DNA of 64,000 bases, taken from positions 1,055,541-1,119,540 of the forward strand of contig NMRA01000054.1 in the NCBI GenBank assembly GCA_002633005.1. The letters are read 5' to 3'. This stretch comes from Phoronis australis. Taxonomy: Eukaryota; Animalia; Phoronida. How positions within the stretch are numbered: position 1 is the stretch's first letter; each line of letters opens with the position of its first letter. The notes beneath the pieces were generated by a model that worked only from the letters and a program-made list of their open reading frames with translations, did not search any database and was not told the origin of the DNA. The position numbers were made by a program, and so were the translations under genes. Of this stretch, positions 50,901 through 62,900 are shown piece after piece.

Positions 50901-53900
50901 TACATTTCTCCACCAAACGGTGTGTCAAACGCAAGAACATTACTGTATATTCATTGTGAAAACTCGTGACTATGGATAATTTGCTGGAAGACAGTATGGG
51001 TGCACATCACCCCCGTCTCCTGTTATTGTTCATGAACTGTGCCAAGTGTTCGGTGACTACTTTAATATCAGTTGTTTCAGTCAAACTACAGAAATAAGTA
51101 TCTAAGCTGCTAAGTCTTTGTTTATCATAATATTGCTACATTTCGCAACACATTCTCCTGTTTGGGACAGTGATAAAATAATTATTTTGCTCAGGGTCAG
51201 AGCTAGTACTAAATTTTAGAAATAGACAATAATGGGCGTCAAAAATTCAAGAATTGCAATCAATGACAACCATCACTCACCTTGATATCGAGAGTATTGG
51301 GAAAACATCAGTGGCCATTTTCAACTATTTTATCAACTGCCAAGTATATTTTCAGACTCTTTTAAATACAAAGCGCAACGTTCGATATTTCTGAAATAAG
51401 ATGAATTCAAAAATCGCCCATGTTTAAATCTTCAGAATCAAGAAAAATCAATTTGAATTTCATTGTGTCAAATTTTCGAGACTCAAACTGGAGAATTTTT
51501 ACCATAGATGGTGTAGTTGACCAGAACATTTTGTGTATGATCTCAGAATCCTGGGAAGCTGTTTGTCAACAACGAAGCAGTCATTTGGCCAGGAGGTGTC
51601 AAGGATGTGCCTCAGTCTGAAATTTTAAAGGCAGAACTTCGGGTATGTACCACACTAACATGGCTGTTAGGGATGTTAATAGATGGTGTTGACTGGACAC
51701 AAGGAACAGGGTATACGCTTACACATACCAGGGCTTGGAATTTTCCGCGGAAACGCGGATTTCCGCTTTTTTCAAATGTTCTGTCCGTGCATTTTATTAT
51801 ATTTCCGCTTAAAAAAAATCGGATTTGATACAAAATTTCCGCGGCAAATTCCTTTCTTACCAGGGCATTGCCGACGACGTTCACCTCTAAAAGCAGAAGT
51901 TGCTCTTTATGTTTCGGAGGAACGTAAATTGTCAACATTGCTGGGGCATCTGGGATAGCGTGGTGGGATTTTCAATGGCGTCTCGTGTGATTGTAAACCG
52001 CAGTGACAAATACTACGGCTCTGCAGTCAAAAATGTGTGGGGGTGGGAGTGGATGGACGAGATAAAAAGATTCAGACGCACGCTACTTATGGTAAAGTTT
52101 TTTTTTTTTAGTCCTACCGATTTTTGTCGGCAAATGGTTCACATCAACTATTTCAAGGCTGGGTAGCGCGCATGTTTTGGGCCGTAAAAGTTTCCGCGTT
52201 ATTCGTCATTGGTCGTTCCAAGCCCTGACATACACGTGTGTGNGGTGCGTGCGTGTGTGTCATCAACCTTGAAAAACTGTTTGCTAGTAACTATTTTCAT
52301 GGGAAAACTATATAATTGAACATTGGTAGATGTTGCTCAGCTTACGGAACAATTATAGTTCCCAAGGCTGACTGTTATTCAACCTTGAACTTCAAGAGGT
52401 TATGAACTTGTGATGTAGACCTCTTACTGCTCTCAATTTGTTCCTTACTCAGATGAGAAGAGATTTCTGGGATTGCAAAGAGCTGACTGTTCGTTATTCC
52501 GTGCTCGGCACCGTGACGAGCCAAAGTGTAGAGCCTGGTCTTAAGCAATAACCATCTGTCAGTTCTGAAATCACGTACAGTTCGACTAAAGAACAATTAG
52601 AGACCAATTTCATAATTGCAATGGTCTAAATCATAATTTGCTTGTTATGGTAGAAGGTAGATTTATAGTCGCCATATACATTAAAAGGTGTTTCGTGAAC
52701 CCTTGGATGTTTTTATCAACTTTTTATGCATTAAGTCAGGTACAGGTCACACAATTACAGTGTCCTCATGACAGTTAATACAATAACTTTTTGTTTAGTC
52801 AAGGGTCTGTTGAGGTCAATTTATGTTGATGTATGCTGTTCTGTGAATGAGTAGATGTTTCCTGCGTCCAGGTGGTGACCATTGAAGAGACTCCGTTCTT
52901 GTTCTCACGGGGGATGGAAGCTGATGAGCACCAGTGCAAGCGCAACTATGAACCGTGTCGCTTTAAGATTGACTCTGATGAGTGTAAAGCCAAACCACAG
53001 GAGATGTACTGTCCCAAAACACTGCCAAATGGAGGTGAGAGGTCAACTGACACTGGTTAGGGTGGAAGGTCAAAGAGCAGAGGTCGCAATATTGGTCACA
53101 TCCAGTGACTCATCTAGGATTTGAAAATTGGGGGTCCAAATTCGTGAGGCTGACGAGTCATGCAAAGTGCAAATCTGAGGCGCGCAGCGCTGATGGAGGG
53201 GAAGGTGGGGGGATTCCTCCCACCCGCTGAGGAAAAAATTGTTACTTTAAAAAACTCATTTCCTTGCATTTTATTTAGCACACTGTTTGCACGTCTTTTT
53301 CTTGTTCAAAGGACGGCACATAGGGAAAATAAACAAAAATTAAGAAGTTTGTTCCATTCAGGATGTGTGTATTGTCACTAGACTGCAAAAATCAAGATCT
53401 GTAAACCTTTTTAGTAATATAATCTCTGTAGAGTTGCATGTTAGACAGATAATCCTAGGCATGAGTACAGGAATCAATGTATCTTGAAGCTCTCAAAAGA
53501 GAAGTGTATTACTTTAATGCAGTTGAGAAACCATTTAAAATTATGAGAAGACAATGAAGTTGCATTCGAAAGGACATGAAGAAATATATCCTAGATTACA
53601 TGTCTACGTTTCATTTCATCGCACAGTATTGCAATTCACGAGTCTACACTGAACAAGACCATATCCTCAACAAATTCACAACTCAGGCCCATCAGTGCTC
53701 AACACGGGCGAAAATCTCCGCTGGAAAACAGGAGTGACGGCATATGTGCACTCGCGCTTGTATACCCGGACTTGGCTTCGTAAAGGATCGTGACCAAAAA
53801 AAATTCAAAACTCCGTGTTTAATTTGGCATTCGTATTTTTACGTTTCTAAACATAAATTTCAAGTCGTTTGGCTACGAGCCTCGCCAGTGGTCGCTGGGG

Positions 53901-56900
53901 ACACCGTAGTTGTTAACGTCTTCTGCAGTGCATTGTAAGTGGATGCTTTGTTGAATTGAAACTTACCAGGTCGAAAGTGAATCACAGTCTTTCATAGTAC
54001 GCTACACGAAATTTATTCTTAAAAAGAACTATTCTTTTCTCGCAGTTTAAGAGTCAAATCCCCGGCCAGGTTCACAGCCGAAGTAATAGGTGCTGTGCAC
54101 GTGACTGGCTGACCTACTTTTTTCCATATACGGCACGCAGTGCCACACACAGAGGATAAAGTCGAATCGCCCAATAATCATGGAATTCCACAAAAAGTTG
54201 ATGTATTTCGAGGCATTTACTTTCATGCTAAGTTAGTTATTGAATACGTAACCAACATTACACACCACATTTTTTCTCTTAAAGTTTGCACTGCATTCTC
54301 GTGCATCAATATACGTCATTCGGCCGTGCGGATTTTTTTATATTTTTTCATTCATTCGTTCAAGTTGCAACAGAATTATGCGAACAAATTAAGGAAGTTT
54401 GCACTAAGTTTTATCTGGTTTGCATGTTCAACGACATTGATGGCATTTGGCAGATCAGTGCTAGAATTTTGGCGGGTATCATTTTTTTCGAAGTGTACAT
54501 TCTCGGTTATTTCAAATTGGCTGCTCCATCGAATACATCGAGTGCCGTTTCAACTTCCGCGTCGGTAACTAGCATTAGGAGTACGGAAAATCCTTTGAAC
54601 TTTGGGTGTGGGTTCTTCAATTTCAAAGATAAGTGTCCATGTATGGGTAGTTAGCGCTGGATGCAATATTTCTTGACACTAACCATGCGTGGGATTCCGT
54701 ATGAAGTCACCTTGACGTCACAGAACAGGAAGGTATTCCCGAAAAATGGCTCCCAGTATTTGCCGATCGTCATTGTGACATTTATAGTAAAAATAGACAG
54801 CAAAAGTTTCTAATATCGAGTTATTTCTTAATATTTAGCAAACTTAAACAATGAATTGTAGGTTTCAATAAAATTTATTAATAAGAAATGTTAAAATTCT
54901 TCGTTTAGCCTTCATTTTCACCGAGGTTGTCTTGGAACAGGCTGTCTTTTTTCCGTCATGGCCGTGCCGTCCAAAGCCGTCGTTTTTTTTTAAAGGGCCA
55001 TCCCAAGGACGGCCAGGATGGCCGCTAGATGAGTACCTGGTACTCACTATCACAACAGTTTGATTTGCGAAACATGCAATCTTTTTTCAGCAGTTAATTA
55101 AGTAAAACAAATTTATTTAACTTCTGTGTAATAGGTTTTTGTGTCATTTCAACTTCAGTCAGTTATCACTTAAAGTAAAGTTGCTTTTTAAGGAGTCGTG
55201 TTGGGACAAATACTGTGACCTGTGCTGGGGGCGTAAAGGTCGTCTAATAGAGAATTTTTAGAAGAAAAGTCAAATTTTCTGTGTAGCATTCATAGAAAAG
55301 TTCATACTAGTATATTTTTTTTAAAGAAGATAGTTCTAAATGAAACTGTGTGGACTTGTAGAAACTTTTAATCACATATTTTTATAATGAGAGCACATAC
55401 TTACATTTTTGAAGTGAAATACAAAACATGGCTTTCAGATGCAGTAGGTGCTGACCTTTTAGTAGTCAACAATAATGTACTGTTATTTGCATACTTTATT
55501 GAATATTTTCATGAGAAATTAATCACATCTTATTCCTAGCATAATACTTTATTTATACATGTTCCAGCGCCACCTGTAGCCCTGAACTTAGGAAATTTAA
55601 AAACAGTTTCGTATCGATTTTGTCAAGATGGAAAAATATGAATTAATTTTTCCCTGAAATAGCTTTTTGAGACCATTTAGTAGTTTCACTGGGACGTTTG
55701 AATGTGTGAGTGAATGTTTGTTTCATCCTCACTCGTGATGTTAATTTCCATTATTTTGTTGAAATAAATCATGTTGAAATAACAAAATTATTACAAAAGC
55801 AATTAAAACAAAGTATTATTAGTTGTCTAGCCTTTGGTTTGGATGTAACAGCTACATAATATTATTCACATTGTTTTGTGTATATGATGAATTTCAGCTT
55901 ACAGAGACGAGTGTACTATGAACTCGTCAAAATTCATTGGTTCACTTTGTCATGAGTCTGCTGTTGTCATTGGCTAGTTGTGCAGTCAATGATTTTGTTG
56001 TTGATCTTCACTTTACACATTTACATTGACTTTTTTGTAGAAACTGTCACCTATTGTTGTTATGGATATTTGGTCGACATGCTTTATAGACTCGTAGAAG
56101 ATCTTCAGATCACCTTCGATTTCTATCAGGTGGCTGATGACCAGTATGGATCGTATGACTTTGTAAGTACAGTTGTACTCATATTGACAAAGAGGCTACA
56201 AAATATGTTGTTATCCATGGAATGTGAAACTCAGATATAACACATTATTCAGCCAGTTTCCTTTTCTTCCTAATTTACTTGAAATTACCTGTCGTAGGGA
56301 CAGTCATTGGCAGTGTCATGCTCTCATCATCTCCCCACTCTTGTATCCTGATATTTCATTGGACGCCTTTCTTTAGCTTGTGGTAAAGCTCCCTAGAGTG
56401 TCCTCAAATTCAAGATTTTACCCATTCACCCTAAGTTGCTAATCTTTGCCTTTTGTAGTTGCTAATGCTTCGCCTGTAAGTTCAGGTCAGATTACGTACA
56501 AAGTTGTGAATATCCGTTTCTGTTGACACATTTAAGTGTGTGATGACACTTGATGTTTCATTGTTCTTAAGTTAGCTATTTGACCTCCAGGTGGTGCTAG
56601 TGAAGCTTTTCCTTTCACAAGACCTTCCTTCCCCTGCAGGATTCTGTGAACTGTCTATGTATTTCCCGCGCAACTCAGAAATTGTTCATTCATTGATGGA
56701 TACTGTATAAAGTAATTCTGTTGTGTCCATAAAATATTTTCGCTGAGCTTCTTTCATCATCTGTTGCTGTTTCTCCATTGTAGCACAGCCCCAACTCCAC
56801 TGAGAAGGAGTGGAATGGTCTTGTACGAGACCTACTGGATGAGAAGGCAGACATGATCGTGGCGCCACTCACCATAGGCAGTCAACGACTAGAGTTCATT

Positions 56901-59900
56901 GATTTTACGAAACCTTTCAAATATCAGGGGATTAAAATACTGATTAAAGAGGTAATGACAAGTTCATTGAATTACGGTAAAAAATCTCCAGTTTGGAACA
57001 ATCAAAAATTGATTATTTTGCTCGAAGTCAGAACTTGTATCAAATTTTGAAAATGGGCAATATTTGCTGTCTCAGATTCAAGAATTGTGAGAAAGACAAG
57101 TGTTTTGTGAAATTTTAAATCTAATTTGAAAACTTGAGCTTGGATTACAACTCAGTGTGTTGATTAAGTAAATGATGTGGAAATACCAGATATGCTCAAT
57201 ATTTCCATGACCTACAGCGGAATATCATATAAAAATACCTTGCAAGTGGCTGATGTTTTAAATGCGTCCCAGTAGAAGCATCGATTTAGCAATATTTGTC
57301 TGCATTGACTCATTCCTTCAACGAGTATGACTGTTTATTACAGTAGCTCTGCTCTCTCTCTCTCTCTCTCTCTCTAGAAAGTGAAGGAGTCCAGCCTTGG
57401 CTCATTCCTGCAGCCGTTTGAGAACAACCTGTGGATTCTGGTTATGTTCTCAGTGCATGTTGTCGCCCTTGTGCTGTACCTCCTTGACCGATTCAGTCCG
57501 TTTGGTCAGTTCAAACTGGCCAAGGCCAGTGATGCTGAGGAGGACGCGCTCAACCTGTCTACTGCTGTCTGGTTCTCTTGGGGGGTTCTACTTAACAGTG
57601 GAATCAGCGAAGGTGTGTCGGAGCTGGTGTTAATAGATGTTTGAGTTTTGGTAGCTGATATTCAATCAATCAATCAATTTATTTCTGTAATAAAGGTCAG
57701 AGGCCCACTGTATAAGAGAACAGCATGTAACATGCTTATGAGTGCAGCAAGCTATCGTGGAGATGAAGAGCATAAAGTACATATTCACATACTAGGTTAA
57801 CTAATTTAGCATCATCACTTGTCGACATTAATTTATTGAACTTGAAAAAAGATAAGGAAATAATACACTTCAGTATCATTTTCTCTCACTTCAAGACATT
57901 TAGCACAGCTTAGAAGGAAATGGTATTACACTGTATTAAACTATTTATGAAAACCTCTTAATATACAACTTTGTTCTGTACAATGTGCAAATAGTGTACA
58001 TCTGAAGACTGGAACAAGGCTGTGGTCACGTAACGTATGCCCATTTGTGTTTTTGTATGATGATCGTGATATTTAGTCGAACAAATATTGACTATTAATA
58101 ACATTATGTTAATGTTTTATTTTGTCTAGGCACACCTCGCAGTTTCAGTGCCCGCGTGCTGGGCATGGTGTGGGCTGGGTTTGCCATGATAATCGTTGCC
58201 TCATACACAGCTAACCTGGCTGCATTCCTCGTGTTAGACAGACCCACAGCACCTATATCTGGTCGCGATGATCCAAGGGTATGGTTTTTTGCTATTATGA
58301 AGACGTACTACATACAGTTATAATGCTTATGAATGAATGAAATGAAACTAGTCAGATTCTGCTAATAAGCATTTCCATTGTACATTTGCTTGAAGTATAT
58401 TCCACTTGCGGGCTGCCAAACCAGAAAGTGGGATGAAATCCTTGTACCTTAACCTTGCATAAGGTGTGTAGCTCTGCACGAGGAAAACGAGTGTGCGGTT
58501 TTACTAATCTCAGACAAATTCCTGATGTTAACCACGACACTAATTGAGGGGAATTGGGTCAAACAACCACCTGGCTTCCTATCTTGCAAGACCTCTAACT
58601 AGTTAAACCACAGGACCGCAGAGATCGGAGTATGTGCCACCCTCAGAATGACGATAAATTTTCAAAATGGCGTCTGGTGGTAGCTATGGTACAGAGTTTG
58701 AACATGGAAAAGCATTTGTTTGATCCGTCTTCGTGTGTCCAAAATTGGTGAGATTCCCCCCCATGTTTGCAGCTACGCAACCCCCAAGACACGTTCCGTT
58801 ACGGCACAGTGCGAGCCAGTGCTGTGGAGCAGTACTTCAAAGAACAGGTAGAACTGTCAACGATGTCACGGACAATGGAGGTGAACAATGTGGCCAAGGC
58901 ATCAGATGGCATCAACAAGGTGCTTAGAGGGTAAGAAGGGCAACGAGACAGCCTTCGCTTGGTACAAGGGTGTATAGATGAACTATTATAGCAAACATTG
59001 TATGTCACTTAAATGGCTCTCATGCTTTAGCATCAAAAATTGTGAAATGGAAAGTTGAATATCTGAATGGAGAAGAACCTTTTTAGACAAGTGCGATTGT
59101 TAAACAGGTACTGGATTTTTCTTCAGTAGGATGCATCTTTAGATATGCCAAGCAAAAGTTGTTTATTTTTTGGGAAAAATATGCGTGGTTGAATCCTGAA
59201 ACTTTGTGTAGTTTGATAGGACATGGACTCCAAAAGCGTAACCAAAGCAAGTTTTAAACTAATGCCTACCTGTGGCAACACTCATACATCGGTGTATTGT
59301 GTATTGACTCCTGGTTTGATATGCATACAGGTTACAATATCGATATACCCGAGCCTTTCGTCAATACTAAATATGTACCCGAGTGTATATTTGGATTGGA
59401 TTTTTAATCCCTAAACTGCTGTATTATCAATAAATGCCCCATGCTCATCTGCAGAAAACATGATGCGTATGTCCCTGGATGCTCTTAACTCATCCTGAGA
59501 CATCACTTCCAGATGGCCAGTTCACGTCAACACAGTTGCCATATGTATATTATATGTGTGTGACTGCTCAATTAGTGAAGTTGTCAACAATGTTTGACGT
59601 TTGGTGTCACTTGCAAAATGTGTAAATTTCTTTCCCTTTGTTACAATTTTGAGTATTGATTTACCATCAGTAGTCACTTACGGGGGTTCCGCATTTTGAG
59701 AACCAGTTTGACCTCTGTTATTCAGTGGGGAAAACTGGTTCTCAAATGCTAGCTACCACTGAGGTACCATGCTATTACCTCCTCTTATTTGTTTTGCTAA
59801 AGTGAACTGAACGCCTTTCTATGGGACCAGTCACGCTTGGAGTTTGAAGCTCGACAACACTGTGATCTGAATGCTGTCGGTGAGACATTTGGCAAGTCAA

Positions 59901-62900
59901 GTTACGGTGTGGGAATGAGGAAGGGTAGTCCCTGGCTTCAGAAGGTGTCCTTGGCCATATTAGCAATGCATGAAGGTTTGTACATTCTTGCAGAACAGCG
60001 ACTCTGTCCAGTGAGGATTACTTGGTATCTCAGACAAAGGAACGTGTAGTGGCTCCAGCTCTTTGGACATGGGGGGTAATTCGCAGCTTCAGCAACCGTG
60101 ACTGTTTAGATCTGGGCTTTACATTCAGATGTGTGTTCCATGGTCATTCAAGAACTAGAGCCCAGTTTAGTACACTTTCCCCAGCTCATTTTGGACCATT
60201 TGTCTGCCTGAAGCGTCCTAAGGCATGCGCACGTGGAATTCAGTGGGTCGTGACATGGCATTGTACAGTGCTGCTACATATGTTAGTTTGATCTTGAATT
60301 AGATCAGATGCAGATTTTGTTCTGTGGTATCGGAGAATTCAGAAAAAGAAAATATCTCTGGTGAATCATTAGCTATAGACCACAAAGTGTGGCGGAAAAG
60401 TCATCAAAGTTTGTTTTGTAAAATGTGAACACTAAAATTACAATTGATCTGTAAAATTCCCGTGAGTTTTGGTGTTTCCTAGAAATAGTTGGCACTTCAG
60501 CCATTATTTGTTTATTAAGAACACACCAAATATGAGCAAAACTAAGTACGCAAATCGAGTTTTGTTACTGGATTCCGCGTGGTCTAGGGAGATTTGTATG
60601 AAATTTTGACTGAGAGTCGATGTTCTGTTGGCCTTTACACTACACTGCCAACTTGTTCACAGAAATAGGCCCGTCCTGAGTAAGCACAGCTCCACTCTAA
60701 TTCTAAGGTATTTACCCACAATACACCATGTATGTCATGTGCTAATTAATTATCATAACAAGTAATTCATCATAATTGTAATGTAGGCAGACTTGCATAA
60801 CTACAATTTGGGTTGTAATGGTGACACCAAGGGATTTTCAAAAGGGGAAAATGTCGGTATTGGATGTGATCTTCAAAGTCAACTCGGGAGTGCATCACTT
60901 CTCAATTAGAAAGTCATTCATCCAATCTGGTGTTCAATTGAAGACGCACCTGTAGTGCTGCATGACTGTCTTCAACTGCCTCATTCTTAAGCATTCTTTT
61001 GTTCCTTGTGGTCCTCTTTGCAGATGGCTTCATGGAGGGACTAGACAACAAGTGGATCATGAATTATACAAACGTGGAGTGTAAAGAGACCAAGAGTTCA
61101 CCAGCTACACTCGGCCTCACCAACATGGCTGGTAACACAATTTTGAGACTTTTCTATTCTAAAGGTTATGAAGTTGATAAAGTTGGCGAACCACCTGCTT
61201 GGTAAAGTTGTGAAACCACCCTGAAAGGAAACAATGGGGTAGTCCGCCTCCGAGGCACAGTCTGATCGCCTACACGTATTCATGTTTTTTACAATCTTGT
61301 TTCGTTTAACTTCAGTAGTTGTGTCTTCATCATTTTGAGAGTAAGTTGTGAATTACTTGCAGGTGTTTTTATGATGGTTGCTGGTGGTATTGTGGTTGGC
61401 GTCATTCTCATTTTCATTGAAATTGCCTACAAACACTACAGGGGCATCAAAGCGAAAGAGCAGGACTTGGCTAGAATGGCTGCCAATAGGTGGCGCAGTA
61501 ACATTGAGGTAATGGTGTTGAAACGGATGCTGCTGCAACAAATGAGCCATTGGTTGATAGTTTTTTGCTGTGTGAAATGAGTTCTTGTTGTCTGTTGTCA
61601 GAATTGAAGAGTCACTTTTTATGGATCTTCAGCGTTGTTGTGAGCGATTGCTGGAGGGATGTTAAAAGCTAATTATGTCTGGTTACTGTAAATAGCTATA
61701 AATCTGCTCCGTATTTCGGTGCTTCTCAACTGAAACATTCACGGAAAACTGCTTCACTTGTGAAGGACTGTTTAGTAGGACTTACTGTATTCCTCCTTCA
61801 TAGTTGATCAATTCTCACCAGCGGGAATCAATTTTTAAATGCAAAAGTTGCTCCCAAACACATAACTCATGACTACTGTTTGTTTATCCATAGTTTGTGA
61901 ATGGATTCTTTTTTCTTTTCCTTTCATAAATACGTAGTTGGAGAAATTAAAAGAGTGACTATTCGAGTTATATGGAGAAAAAATAATCTCTTGCAGGGGT
62001 ATAAATGCTAAATAAGGATTTTTTGTTCTTTTATTTAACAAACTGGCTTATTCTTTATGCCAATTTCAGCTGAGAAAGTTTGAAGGTGGTGCCTTTTAAC
62101 TGTTTTACTTAGTTTTCTCTGCTTCTGTGGTTTGTTTTTTTATTTCATTTGAGTTATCTTCTTTTTCTGCAGAAACGCAAGCGACTACGCGACACTTGGG
62201 CTTTCTATCGTTCAGCTTTTGCCCATCCTCAGACAGGTTCTGTTTAGCCTTTTGTTGCATTTCTATCACTACTTCTCATTTATACATTCTTTGCCATGTT
62301 TAATTTTCAAACTCTGTGCTAATCTTGTATTTTCTGTTTCTTTTTTTAATTTTGTATAATTTGAGATTCTGCTGTGACTGATAAGTCACTGAGAGGTTTG
62401 GATGGTTGTAATGGTGACTCAAGTGTGAAACTCAAGATGTTGCGATATAAACCTGGTCCCCTTTTGTTTCTTTTTTTCTTTTAATTTAAACACTGACCAT
62501 ATTAACCACTAGCAGAAGAGTGTTAAATAATGTGATTTCAAAATTTTACTTATTAGAATTTAACGTTAGTTGCTTTTACTTCTTATCACTGACTCTTGAA
62601 AATAATGGTACAATAGTTGAAATTGAGAATAGAAAGTCATTTCTTGTTTCATGAGTGAAATTTGTCTCCCAGAACACATTGTGCTAAATTCAATTACAAA
62701 AGTAAGAGTTTGTCTAATTTTGGGGCAGGCACGTTATTTTGTGTCAGTTTGTAATATATCCACCTTGTTTGGTTAAATGTATTAAATTTATTTCATAAAG
62801 TGTCTTATTAGCTGTCAGGTCCAGTATCTTAAGAAGACATCAGGAGCCATTAAATGATATACAAATATGGGCTGACCGCAGGATGATATCAGGTCATATG

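Noticed and set aside
54140-54654. 142-aa and 122-aa ORFs inside the 53103-55039 element as a transposase
   Set aside because: No DDE, zinc-finger or dimerisation motifs are visible in either ORF, or in the part of the minus strand I translated.
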